IMG/VR virus record: IMGVR_UViG_3300048574_000176
Coordinates: 1-39,737 of that record
DNA length: 39,737 bases
DNA from: a virus
Taxonomy: Duplodnaviria > Caudoviricetes
Direction: 5' to 3' (one strand)
The position numbers and the translations under genes are program-made. The notes under the pieces are model-generated. The model was not told where the DNA came from. It did no database searches and saw nothing but the letters and a program-made list of their open reading frames with translations. Every line of letters begins with the position of its first letter. Positions within the stretch are counted from its first letter, which is position 1. Shown here in pieces: positions 9,465 to 18,554 of this stretch.

Positions 9465-9493
9465 TTGTAGGCGATACAAAATTATGTTATAAT
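9465..9493 (+). promoter_or_regulatory. Sigma-A-type promoter of moron 1
   Basis: TTGTAG-17 bp-TATAAT with extended TG. Confidence 0.7.
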
Positions 9494-9536
9494 TTTGTAT
9501 CGCATTTTTTGGAGTAAACTTGAAAGGATGCATGCT

Positions 9537-10655
9537 ATGAAAAAGGAATTTACAACACAACAAGCAAAATTTATATATTCCAAAGATGAGCTTGGATATC
9601 AAGAAGTACTCGATGAGATGAAAAATGCAAGTGAAATAACAGTAATTACCTATAACATCTCTGAAAGACAAACTTTTCTTATGAACTGTATAAAGGCCGC
9701 ACCCACCAGTTGCTCTATCACAATTGTTACGAATATACCAAATAGATGGGAAACATACTACCGCGACAATTATAGGGAAATGGCAAAAAAGAAAATTGAT
9801 GTTTACTTGACAAAGCTATCTCCAGAGAGTTTGGGTGAAAAAGCATCTGTGTTTTTCAACTTTGGAAATCACGGCAAAATTATTATGACGGATACCGTGG
9901 CTTATGTTGGATCTGCTAATTATTCTGAGGAAAGCCAGAATAATAGTGAGTTTGGCTTTATTTGCCGAGATAATGAATTTGTAACCTTTTTGAAATCAGA
10001 AGTATTACCTGAAATTGAAAGCGCCTCTGTTCCATATTATGAATATAACTACACTGGTTTAATATTGGAAGCAAATATGGTCGTATCTGCTGTTTTCAAC
10101 TTATACAATGAGCTTCACGAGGAAACATATGCGCTCCACGACGATATTGATGGGGAATGGTTTTATTACATTGAGCATGAGGATACTTTAAACACAAAAA
10201 CTTTAGAAGCCATTAATGAAGTTTTGAATAGCGCCAATACAATAGCTCGTGATATATATGATGCTGTCGATGGAATTACAGGCAGCGACGATGATGAACT
10301 TGATAAGATAAATGAGTTGTATGAAAATTTGCTGGACTTAGCAAAAACGGCTGAAAGTTCGTCAACATCTGACGAAATATATGAACTTGCACATTTCGGA
10401 TATAACAATCATATAGAACATCTATTACAAACGGATTATGCAATGGAAGCGTACGAAGACAATCTGGAAAATTGCATAGACCGGGCATCTGGTGAAGCAG
10501 GAACTCTTTTGTTCGAGTTATGTGCTAATGCAAAAGACTCAATAGATGAGTTGCTTGAGACAATCAAAAAATACCAGGAGGTTTTCACAGAACTTATCGA
10601 TAGCTTTTCGCAATATGATATAAAGAAAGTTAACCCAACAATTGATAATACATGA
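9537..10655 (+). CDS. Phospholipase D (HKD) nuclease-like domain protein, moron
   Basis: NHGKIIMTDTVAYVGSANYS is HxK-x4-D-x6-GSxN; acidic helical C-terminus; AT-rich. Confidence 0.85.
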   Translation: MKKEFTTQQAKFIYSKDELGYQEVLDEMKNASEITVITYNISERQTFLMNCIKAAPTSCSITIVTNIPNRWETYYRDNYREMAKKKIDVYLTKLSPESLGEKASVFFNFGNHGKIIMTDTVAYVGSANYSEESQNNSEFGFICRDNEFVTFLKSEVLPEIESASVPYYEYNYTGLILEANMVVSAVFNLYNELHEETYALHDDIDGEWFYYIEHEDTLNTKTLEAINEVLNSANTIARDIYDAVDGITGSDDDELDKINELYENLLDLAKTAESSSTSDEIYELAHFGYNNHIEHLLQTDYAMEAYEDNLENCIDRASGEAGTLLFELCANAKDSIDELLETIKKYQEVFTELIDSFSQYDIKKVNPTIDNT

Positions 10656-10675
10656 CACAATGTAGTTCTGGGTCC

Positions 10676-10709
10676 AAAAGCATCTGGCAAACCAGCCGGG
10701 TGCTTTTTT
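10676..10709 (+). terminator. Intrinsic terminator
   Basis: aaaagcatctgg...ccgggtgctttttt. Confidence 0.7.
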
Positions 10710-10736
10710 CATGCCCATTTTTGGAGGTGATACTAT

Positions 10737-11993
10737 TTGAATATATTATCCGGACTATTTCACTCCCGCGATAAGCCTACAAACCGTGTCGGCGGCGGGT
10801 GGTCGTTCCTTTTCGGCGGCACAACCAGCGGCAAGACGGTCAACGAGCGGACGGCGATGCAGACCACTGCGGTTTATGCATGTGTGCGTATTTTGTCCGA
10901 GGCCGTCGCCGGTCTGCCGCTGCATATCTACCGATACCGGGCTGACGGCGGTAAAGAGCGCATCCCCATGCACCCCCTCTACCATCTGCTCCATGACGAG
11001 CCCAACCCAGAGATGACTTCATTCGTGTTCCGAGAAACACTGATGAGTCATCTTTTGCTTTGGGGCAACGCCTACGCGCAGGTAGTTCGCAACGGACGCG
11101 GTCAGGCGGTCGCTCTCTACCCTCTGCTTCCGAGCAAGATGGACGTCAGCCGGGCGGCGAACGGGGAGCTGCTTTACACTTATTACCGCGACGCGGATGA
11201 AACCGGACTGAACCCGAAAGGCGGATATATCACGCTCCGCCGTGATGAGGTTCTCCATATCCCCGGCCTTGGGTTTGATGGCCTGATTGGCTACAGCCCG
11301 ATTGCTATGGCGAAGAACGCCATCGGCATGTCTCTCGCCACCGAGGAATACGGCGCCAGCTTCTTTGCCAATGGCGCAAACCCCGGCGGTGTGCTGGAGC
11401 ATCCGGGCGTTATCAAGGATATTGGGCGTGTTAAGGAAAGCTGGAACTCTGCCTATCAGGGCAACGGCAACGCACATAAAGTTGCCGTGCTTGAGGAGGG
11501 CATGAAGTTTCAGGCAATCGGCATCCCGCCGGAGCAGGCGCAGTTTCTGGAAACACGGAAATTTCAGATCAACGAGATCGCACGTATTTACCGCGTGCCG
11601 CCCCACATGGTGGGAGACCTTGAGAAATCCAGCTTCAGCAACATCGAACAGCAGTCGCTGGAGTTCGTGAAATATACCCTCGACCCATGGGTAGTCCGCT
11701 GGGAGCAGAGCCTGCAGCAGTCGCTGCTTCTGCCTTCCGAAAAGCCGTCTCTGTTCATCCGGTTCAATCTGGACGGACTGCTTCGCGGCGATTACCAAAG
11801 CCGCATGAGCGGGTACGCCGTCGGTCGGCAGAACGGCTGGATGTCTGCAAACGACATTCGCGAGCTGGAGGACATGAACCGCATCTCCACCCAGGAAGGC
11901 GGCGATTTGTATCTGGTCAACGGCAATATGACCAAACTGGCGGACGCGGGTGCGTTCGCCGGAAATCAATCAAAGGAGGCCAACGGCCAATGA
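10737..11993 (+). CDS. Portal protein, HK97 family
   Basis: AVYACVRILSEAVAGLPL, LLWGNAY, GYSPI, QFLETRKFQ..IARIYRVPP. Confidence 0.96.
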   Translation: MNILSGLFHSRDKPTNRVGGGWSFLFGGTTSGKTVNERTAMQTTAVYACVRILSEAVAGLPLHIYRYRADGGKERIPMHPLYHLLHDEPNPEMTSFVFRETLMSHLLLWGNAYAQVVRNGRGQAVALYPLLPSKMDVSRAANGELLYTYYRDADETGLNPKGGYITLRRDEVLHIPGLGFDGLIGYSPIAMAKNAIGMSLATEEYGASFFANGANPGGVLEHPGVIKDIGRVKESWNSAYQGNGNAHKVAVLEEGMKFQAIGIPPEQAQFLETRKFQINEIARIYRVPPHMVGDLEKSSFSNIEQQSLEFVKYTLDPWVVRWEQSLQQSLLLPSEKPSLFIRFNLDGLLRGDYQSRMSGYAVGRQNGWMSANDIRELEDMNRISTQEGGDLYLVNGNMTKLADAGAFAGNQSKEANGQ

Positions 11994-12679
11994 AGAAATT
12001 CTGGAACTGGGCAAGGGACGAAACCACAGAAGAACGCACCCTTTATCTGAACGGCGTCATTTCCGACGAAACCTGGTGGGGCGACGAGATAACACCCAAG
12101 ATGTTCAAGGATGATCTGCTCGCCGGGACGGGAAATGTCACGGTTTGGATTAACTCTCCCGGCGGCGACGTGTTCGCGGCGGCGCAGATCTATAACATGC
12201 TCATGGACTACACCGGGAAAATCACCGTCAAGATTGACGGGTTGGCGGCAAGCGCGGCTTCGGTCATCGCAATGGCGGGCGGAGATGTATATATGTCCCC
12301 GGTGTCCATGCTGATGATCCATAATCCATCCACCATCGCCATCGGCGACAGCGAGGAAATGCTCCGCGCAAAGGCGCTGCTGGACGAGGTGAAGGAAAGC
12401 ATCATTAACGCCTATGAGCTGAAATCCGGATTGTCCCGTGCGAAGCTCTCTCACCTCATGGACGCGGAAACCTGGATGAACGCTAACAAGGCGGTTGAAC
12501 TGGGCTTTGCGGACAAAATCATGTTCTCCGAGGGCGAAACAACTGCCGCCGACAGCCTGATTTTCTCCCGCATGGCGGTCACCAATTCTCTAATCAGCAA
12601 GCTGCCAAAGCAGCAAAAACCGAAAACAGGAACCCCTATTAAGTCGCTGGATAAGCGGCTCTCTTTAATTTCCCACTAA
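11990..12679 (+). CDS. ClpP-like prohead protease
   Basis: ATG overlapping the portal stop; INSPGGDV, AASAAS (catalytic Ser), MIHNP (His). Confidence 0.94.
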   Translation: MKKFWNWARDETTEERTLYLNGVISDETWWGDEITPKMFKDDLLAGTGNVTVWINSPGGDVFAAAQIYNMLMDYTGKITVKIDGLAASAASVIAMAGGDVYMSPVSMLMIHNPSTIAIGDSEEMLRAKALLDEVKESIINAYELKSGLSRAKLSHLMDAETWMNANKAVELGFADKIMFSEGETTAADSLIFSRMAVTNSLISKLPKQQKPKTGTPIKSLDKRLSLISH

Positions 12680-12698
12680 TTTGAAGGAGGAACACACA

Positions 12699-13907
12699 AT
12701 GAGTAAAATTCTTGAACTGCGCGAAAAGCGCGCCAAGGCATGGGACGCGACGAAGGCGTTCCTGGACACCAAGCGCGGCGGCGACGGTCTGCTCTCCGCC
12801 GAGGACACGTCGACCTATGACAAGATGGAAGCCGATGTTGTGGCTCTGGGCAAGGAAATCGAGCGTCTTGAGCGCCAGTCCGTAATCGACACGGAGCTGT
12901 CGAAAGCCACCAGCAATCCCATCACCAATACCCCCTCCAAAGGCACGGAGGAAAAAACCGGGCGTGCCTCCGCAGAATACAAAAGATCGTTCTGGAACGC
13001 CATGCGCACCCGTGCCGGCGAGGGACTCGACCCGGTTGTGAGAAACGCCCTGCAGATCGGCACCGATACCGAGGGCGGCTACCTCGTCCCGGACGAATTC
13101 GAGCGCAACCTTGTGGAAGCCCTTGAGGAGGAGAACATCTTCCGCAGGCTGGCAAACGTTATCACCACCTCTTCCGGTGACCGCAAAATCCCGGTTGTGG
13201 CGTCCAAGGGCACGGCGTCCTGGATTGACGAGGAAGGCGCCATCCCCGAAAGCGACGACAGCTTTGGTCAGGTTTCCATCGGCGCGTATAAGCTGGGTAC
13301 CCTGATTAAGGTTTCCGAGGAGCTGCTGAACGACAGCGTATTCAACCTCGAATCGTATATTTCGAGGGAGTTTGCCCGCCGCATCGGCAACAAGGAGGAG
13401 GAATCCTTCTTCGCGGGCGACGGTTCCGGCAAGCCCACCGGCATTCTTGCAGCCACGGGTGGAGCACAGCTTGGCGTGACTACTGCCGGCGCTACGGCAA
13501 TCACCCTGGACGAGGTGCTTGACCTCTTCTATTCGCTGAAAGCACCCTACCGCAACAAAGCTGTTTTCGTGATGAACGACTCCACCGTCAAGGCAATCCG
13601 CAAGCTCAAAGACAGTCAGGGTCAGTACCTCTGGCAGCCCTCCATTCAGGCGGGCACGCCCGATACAATCCTCAACCGTCCGCTGTACACCTCCTCCTAT
13701 GTTCCCGCCATCGCGGCGGCTGCGAAGACCGTCGCGTTCGGTGATTTCAGCTATTACTGGGTGGCCGATCGTCAGGGCAGGGTGTTTAAACGGCTCAACG
13801 AGCTGTACGCAGCCACGGGTCAGGTGGGCTTCATCGCTACCCAGCGTGTGGACGGCAAGCTGATTCTTCCCGAAGCCGTCAAGGTTCTCCAGCAGAAAGC
13901 ATCGTAA
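12699..13907 (+). CDS. Major capsid protein, HK97 family
   Basis: Coiled-coil delta domain, GGYLVP, SEELLNDS, FGDFSYY. Confidence 0.96.
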   Translation: MSKILELREKRAKAWDATKAFLDTKRGGDGLLSAEDTSTYDKMEADVVALGKEIERLERQSVIDTELSKATSNPITNTPSKGTEEKTGRASAEYKRSFWNAMRTRAGEGLDPVVRNALQIGTDTEGGYLVPDEFERNLVEALEEENIFRRLANVITTSSGDRKIPVVASKGTASWIDEEGAIPESDDSFGQVSIGAYKLGTLIKVSEELLNDSVFNLESYISREFARRIGNKEEESFFAGDGSGKPTGILAATGGAQLGVTTAGATAITLDEVLDLFYSLKAPYRNKAVFVMNDSTVKAIRKLKDSQGQYLWQPSIQAGTPDTILNRPLYTSSYVPAIAAAAKTVAFGDFSYYWVADRQGRVFKRLNELYAATGQVGFIATQRVDGKLILPEAVKVLQQKAS

Positions 13908-13925
13908 GGAAGGGGGTGCGGCGGC

Positions 13926-14246
13926 ATGGCGCTGATTGACGAGCTACTGCCCAAGGTTAAAGCAAACCTCATATTGGAGCACGGCGCGGATGACGACCTC
14001 CTTAAAGGCTTCATCCGCGCCGCCGTTTCCTACGCCGAAAGCTACCAGCACATCCCCGCGGGCAGTTATGAGGAAACCGCCATGCCGCCCACCACCGAGC
14101 AGGCCGTGATTATGCTGTCGTCCCACTTTTACGAGAGCCGGGACGGCAGCACGGCCGGCTTTTTCGCGGACAGTGTGCAGGCCGGACAACAGGTGTGGGA
14201 AACGGTCAATCTGCTTTTGCGCCTTGACCGGGATTGGAAGGTGTGA
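13926..14246 (+). CDS. Head-tail connector protein (gp6-like)
   Basis: VKANL..DDDLL..I.AA..YAE; AVIMLSSHFYESR. Confidence 0.9.
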   Translation: MALIDELLPKVKANLILEHGADDDLLKGFIRAAVSYAESYQHIPAGSYEETAMPPTTEQAVIMLSSHFYESRDGSTAGFFADSVQAGQQVWETVNLLLRLDRDWKV

Positions 14247-14513
14247 TTATAACTTCCGATATTTTTGCTGATTCTGAGGTGTCTTACCCAATGGTATTAT
14301 TAACGCTGCACCTGCACCTTGTGCGAAAGCATAGAACGAGCTTCCGAGACGAGTGCGGTTTCCCTTGTCGATACGGTTCCATTCGTACCCCAAGAATAGA
14401 TCTTTTACCATGAATTCTTCTCCTGCTAATAGATTGATAATTTCTGCTTGCGAATAAGTAATCAAATCCGTCAACGAGGTGTTTTTGGTAATAGGCATGT
14501 TAGAAATTGGCAT
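14247..14513 (-). CDS. DUF1413-like small putative DNA-binding protein, moron
   Basis: ATG after aggag; GEEFMVKDLFLGYEWNRI..R.RLG..F..GKTPQNQQKY. Confidence 0.75.
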   Translation of the reverse strand: MPISNMPITKNTSLTDLITYSQAEIINLLAGEEFMVKDLFLGYEWNRIDKGNRTRLGSSFYAFAQGAGAALIIPLGKTPQNQQKYRKL

Positions 14514-14544
14514 TTCTATTTCTCCTTTCAATATACAAGCTAGT

Positions 14545-14590
14545 AGCGAGTAGCTACTATATTTATAACATAGTAGCTACTCGCTGTCAA
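14545..14590 (-). promoter_or_regulatory. Promoter overlapped by a 16-bp perfect inverted repeat (candidate operator)
   Basis: Minus strand TTGACA-17 bp-TATAAA; agcgagtagctactat-N9-atagtagctactcgct. Confidence 0.8.
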
Positions 14591-14620
14591 GAGGAAATTA
14601 TGATATTCATGGAGGCGGAT

Positions 14621-14956
14621 ATGTCATTTGGTAAAATGAACAGCTTAATCGACATCATATCGACGGAGCCTTCTAAAGACAGTGACGGCTTTGTCACCAC
14701 GGGCGACCATACTATCGCGTCCGTGCGAGCCTACAAGGAAGACCGACATGGTAACGAGCGGTGGGCGAATATGGCGGCGTTCAGCGAAGCGACCGCCCTC
14801 TTCCGCTTTCGGAAGATTCCCAACGTAGAGATAACAACCTCTCTGTTTATCGCCTGTAACAGCGAGCGATACCGTATTGTCAGCGTGGAGGATGTTCGCG
14901 GACGCGGAATGTATATTGAGGTTCTGACTGAAAAGTTGGAGCCGAGTGTGAGGTGA
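14621..14956 (+). CDS. Head closure / head-tail adaptor protein
   Basis: ATG after ggagg; MSFGKM..DSDGF..Y.I.SVEDVRGRGMYIEVL. Confidence 0.85.
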   Translation: MSFGKMNSLIDIISTEPSKDSDGFVTTGDHTIASVRAYKEDRHGNERWANMAAFSEATALFRFRKIPNVEITTSLFIACNSERYRIVSVEDVRGRGMYIEVLTEKLEPSVR

Positions 14957-14961
14957 CGGGC

Positions 14962-15393
14962 ATGGCTAAAGTTGATATGAAAATGCCGGAGGACTTCTTG
15001 CTGAAGCTTTCCCGCCTCGGTGACCAGACGGATACGATTATCCCCAAAGTGCTGGAGGCAGGCGGCGAGGTGGTGCTTAATAAGGTGAAAAGCAACCTTT
15101 CCGCTGTGGTCGGCAGCGGCACAAAGGAAAAAAGCCGCTCCACGGGCGAACTGGAACGCTCTCTGGGTCTCTCTCCCGCTTTGATGGACAGGGACGGAAA
15201 CTTCAACGTGAAGGTCGGCTTTGCAGAGCCGAGGAGCGACGGCGGCTCCAATGCAAAAATCGCCAACATCCTTGAATACGGCAAGCATGGTCAGCCACCG
15301 AAACCCTTCTTGAAGCCCGCGAAGACGCAGAGCCGGAGCGCCTGCATTGAAGCGATGAAGGCGAAGCTGCGGAAGGAGGTTGACGATATATGA
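14962..15393 (+). CDS. HK97 gp10-family neck protein
   Basis: STGELERS; ILEYGKHGQPPKPFLKPA. Confidence 0.88.
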   Translation: MAKVDMKMPEDFLLKLSRLGDQTDTIIPKVLEAGGEVVLNKVKSNLSAVVGSGTKEKSRSTGELERSLGLSPALMDRDGNFNVKVGFAEPRSDGGSNAKIANILEYGKHGQPPKPFLKPAKTQSRSACIEAMKAKLRKEVDDI

Positions 15394-15731
15394 GCATTTT
15401 AGCGGAACTGAACACCCTGCTCTCGCTGGTTCTCCCTGTGGAGACCGGCGTTTTTTCGGGCGTTTCTCCCGACGAATACCTGGTGCTCACGCCGATGACA
15501 GACGAATTCGCCCTGTTCGGCGACAATATGCCGCTGGTCGACGTGTCCGAGGTGCGGATTTCGCTTTTCACCAAGGGCAACTACCTGCAGCGGAAAAAGC
15601 AGATCACCGCGTCGCTGCTCACGGCGGGATTTACGGTAACCGACCGCCGCTACATCGGGCATGAGGACGATACCGGCTACCACCACTACGCCATTGATGT
15701 GGCGAAACATTTTGATTTGAAGGAGGAATGA
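15390..15731 (+). CDS. Putative tail terminator protein
   Basis: Position before the major tail gene; C-terminal EDDTGYHHYAIDV. Confidence 0.75.
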   Translation: MSILAELNTLLSLVLPVETGVFSGVSPDEYLVLTPMTDEFALFGDNMPLVDVSEVRISLFTKGNYLQRKKQITASLLTAGFTVTDRRYIGHEDDTGYHHYAIDVAKHFDLKEE

Positions 15732-15734
15732 ATT

Positions 15735-16325
15735 ATGGCGACAATCGGCCTCGACAAATTGTATTATTCTAAAATCACCGAGGATTCCAATGGTCAGGAG
15801 ACCTACTCCACGCCCCTCGTGCTTGCCAAAGCCATCACCGCCGAGCTTTCGGTCGAACTGGTTGAGGCGATACTGTACGCGGACGACGGCGCCGCCGAGG
15901 TGGTGAAGGACTTTAACAGTGGCAAGCTCACCCTCGGCGTGGACGACATCGGCCCGGCGGCAGCGGCGGATCTGACCGGCGCTTCCACCGACGACAACGG
16001 CGTACTGGTTTCCGCTAGCGAAAATGTGGGAAAGCCTGTCGCGGTGGGCTTCCGCGCGCAGAAGGCAAACGGCTCCTACCGCTATTTCTGGCTTTACCGT
16101 GTGAAATTCGGTCTGCCCGCGACCAACCTGCAGACCAAGTCGGATTCCATCACCTTTTCCACGCCTACTATCGAAGGAACCGTCATGCGCCGGAACAAGC
16201 TGGACGCCTTTGGCAAACACCCGTGGAAATCGGAGGTTACCGAGGGCGATGCCGGAGTGGCCTCGGCCACCATCACCGGCTGGTTTACCGAAGTCTATGA
16301 ACCGGTCTATACGCCGGGATCGTAA
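15735..16325 (+). CDS. Major tail protein, phi13 family
   Basis: MATIGLDKLYY, LYADDG, VAVGFRA..YRYFWLY. Confidence 0.92.
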   Translation: MATIGLDKLYYSKITEDSNGQETYSTPLVLAKAITAELSVELVEAILYADDGAAEVVKDFNSGKLTLGVDDIGPAAAADLTGASTDDNGVLVSASENVGKPVAVGFRAQKANGSYRYFWLYRVKFGLPATNLQTKSDSITFSTPTIEGTVMRRNKLDAFGKHPWKSEVTEGDAGVASATITGWFTEVYEPVYTPGS

Positions 16326-16337
16326 GGAGGATGCGGA

Positions 16338-16742
16338 ATGGATAACGTTACAAATCTACATGAAAGAAGCGCCGTTATCAATATCGGAGGCAAGGAGTAT
16401 GAGCTGGTGCTGACCACCCGCGCGACCAAGGCGATCGCGGGACGGTATGGCGGGCTGGAGAACCTCGGTGAAAAGCTGATGAAATCCGAAAATTTCGAGA
16501 TGGCGCTGGATGAGATCGTGTGGCTGCTGACCTTGCTTGCCAACCAATCCGTCCTGATTCACAACCTGAAAAACAAGGATAACCCGCAGGTGCTTCTGAC
16601 CGAAGACGAGGTCGAGCTGCTCACTTCGCCCCTTGATCTGGCAGCATACAAGACCTCCATCACGGAAGCCATGTTCCGGGGCACCAAGCGCAATGTGGAA
16701 AGCGAGGACGAGGGTTCCTCAAAAAACGCGGAAGTCGGGTAA
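16338..16742 (+). CDS. Tail assembly chaperone (gpG-like)
   Basis: Position between MTP and TMP; slippery heptamer A AAA AAC at 16721-16727. Confidence 0.85.
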   Translation: MDNVTNLHERSAVINIGGKEYELVLTTRATKAIAGRYGGLENLGEKLMKSENFEMALDEIVWLLTLLANQSVLIHNLKNKDNPQVLLTEDEVELLTSPLDLAAYKTSITEAMFRGTKRNVESEDEGSSKNAEVG

Positions 16743-16930
16743 CAGACGCAGAGGTCTTTACCCGGCTTTTGTATTACGGAACAGTGCAGATGGGTATGTG
16801 CGCGGAGGATTTCTGGCTCATGCCCATCGGCCTGTTCCTTGATCTGTGGGCCTGCCACAAGCAGTTCATCGGCATGGAGAAGCCGAAGAAAACCCGGACG
16901 ATTGATGATATCATACCGGAAGGAATCTAA
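16727..16930 (+). CDS. Tail chaperone -1 frameshift extension (gpT-like), absent from the ORF track
   Basis: -1 frame is open from the slip site: RGSRVTDAEVFTRLLYYGTVQMG..FWLMPIGLFLDLWACHKQF..IIPEGI*. Confidence 0.8.
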   Translation, partial: RGSRVTDAEVFTRLLYYGTVQMGMCAEDFWLMPIGLFLDLWACHKQFIGMEKPKKTRTIDDIIPEGI

Positions 16931-16989
16931 CTCCTTAATCATATTCGTACAAGTAATAAACAAACTTAAACAATAATATTTGAATTGTA

Positions 16990-17018
16990 TTGAAATTTGT
17001 TTACGTATGTGTTAGTAT
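16990..17018 (+). promoter_or_regulatory. Promoter of moron 3
   Basis: TTGAAA-17 bp-TAGTAT with TG upstream of the -10. Confidence 0.6.
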
Positions 17019-17047
17019 TGTTTTATCAAAAGTGAGGAGGAACCGGT

Positions 17048-17452
17048 GTGGAATACGAAACCTTGATACCTGTCTCAAAATTAGTTGAAAACCCGAAATA
17101 TGTGCTAGAAATCGTGGATAAGTTTGGACACGCAGTGCTACTTGATAACAATGCACCGGCATATGTGGTATCCAAACCGGGACTCCTTCCTGAAATAACA
17201 CAAACAACAGGAGGGACCGAGAAAATGCCAAGGTATTATTTGCAGGACGCAATGCGAATTGTCTTGGAGGAGGCTGATGGTCATCAGATGCATGCCGCCG
17301 ATCTTGCTGACGCGGTATATAATCGCAGACTGTATTTACAGAGAGACGGCGGGAAAGCAACATATAATCAAATGCGTGCTCGTGTAGGTCATTATCCGGA
17401 AATGTTTGAAGCTCTCCCAGGTAATATAATTCGCCTTCGTGAGAAGCGATAG
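17048..17452 (+). CDS. Putative Phd/YefM-like N-terminus fused to a HARE-HTH-like winged helix
   Basis: LIPVSKLVENPKYVLEIVDKFGHAVLLDNNAPAYVV; LQDAMRIVLEE..MHAADLADAVYNRRLY..QMRARV. Confidence 0.65.
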   Translation: MEYETLIPVSKLVENPKYVLEIVDKFGHAVLLDNNAPAYVVSKPGLLPEITQTTGGTEKMPRYYLQDAMRIVLEEADGHQMHAADLADAVYNRRLYLQRDGGKATYNQMRARVGHYPEMFEALPGNIIRLREKR

Positions 17453-17466
17453 ATCGGGGCGTTGTT

Positions 17467-18480
17467 ATGGATAGAATGGTCTTCTTTAATGGGGGTTGGA
17501 TGCCGTCGTATGATGGAGTCGAAACCGAAATAATTGTCAATGGTGGTTCTTATATCAAAGAGCATGGATTCGGTGGCGAAGTTTACAATTTTAGAAATAG
17601 CAACGGCAAGAATTACGGATATGTTATGACAAAAAGCAATACGCTCAATCTCGGTCGTATTGACCCTGAGCTCTTGTCTGAAAGTGATGTTATTAAAAAT
17701 GTGACATGCGTTTTTGTCGCTAGGCATCCATCTGGAGGGCGTAAGATTGTCGGTTGGTATCGAAATGCAAGAGTTTTTTCTTGTTATCAAGAGTATCCAG
17801 GAACGGATCGCGAGATCAAGACAGCTAACGAAGATTGGAATGATGACGACCAAGTTGGATATTACGTGATCGCCAATCATAGCGATGCCATTCTGCTTAC
17901 AGAAGACGAAAGGCTTGATGCGCCGGAGGTTCCAAATGGAAAAGACGGATTCGGACAATCCAATGTTTGGTATGCTGATTCCAAAGTTGGATATGAATTC
18001 AGACATATAGTCAATAATTTCATTAAGGAACACGGAAAAAGAACGCAAAAAGTAATAGAAGCCGAACAAAAAAGAAAAGCGCAGAGCACAGTTGACGTGG
18101 CGGCAAAAAAGAAAGTTGAAGAAGCGGCCATAAAACGGACGATAGAATATTATGACAATTACGGTTTTACGTGTGAGCGGGTAGATAAAGAGAACCTCGG
18201 ATGGGATCTAGAATTTACAAAAGGAAAAGTCAGAATTCTAGTAGAAGTAAAAGGTCTCTCGCAGTCATACATATCTGTGCTTTTATCCCGAAATGAATAT
18301 GAAAAAATGCGCGATAACAAGGATCAGTATCGGCTGGCTGTCGTGACGAATTGCCTTGAGCAGAATCCCAATATTAATGTATTTTCTTATGACCGCTATA
18401 AAGATGGTTGGTTCGATGAGAATAGGAACGAACTTAATATCGAGGAAATAGTCGCTGCCCGCTGCGAAATAAAACAGTAA
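17467..18480 (+). CDS. DUF3883 (NOV C-terminal-like) PD-(D/E)xK nuclease with unassigned N-terminal domain
   Basis: KVEEAA..YY..GF..NLGWDLEF..VEVKG..LSRNE. Confidence 0.75.
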   Translation: MDRMVFFNGGWMPSYDGVETEIIVNGGSYIKEHGFGGEVYNFRNSNGKNYGYVMTKSNTLNLGRIDPELLSESDVIKNVTCVFVARHPSGGRKIVGWYRNARVFSCYQEYPGTDREIKTANEDWNDDDQVGYYVIANHSDAILLTEDERLDAPEVPNGKDGFGQSNVWYADSKVGYEFRHIVNNFIKEHGKRTQKVIEAEQKRKAQSTVDVAAKKKVEEAAIKRTIEYYDNYGFTCERVDKENLGWDLEFTKGKVRILVEVKGLSQSYISVLLSRNEYEKMRDNKDQYRLAVVTNCLEQNPNINVFSYDRYKDGWFDENRNELNIEEIVAARCEIKQ

Positions 18481-18498
18481 ACACAAGGCCACAGTTTT

Positions 18499-18527
18499 AG
18501 GAGTAATCGAAAGATTACTCCTTTTTT
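18499..18527 (+). terminator. Intrinsic terminator
   Basis: aggagtaatc-GAAA-gattactcct plus T-tract; perfect 10-bp stem. Confidence 0.85.
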
Positions 18528-18554
18528 ATGCCCATTTTGAGGAGGTGAGCACAA

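Noticed and set aside
8233-11969. Long minus-strand ORFs opposite terL (8233-9216) and portal (11019-11969)
   Set aside because: Shadow frames of GC-rich core phage genes; no recognisable domain
11687-11989. 101-aa N-terminal extension of the protease ORF in the track
   Set aside because: Overlaps portal; the better start is ATG 11990 after aaggagg
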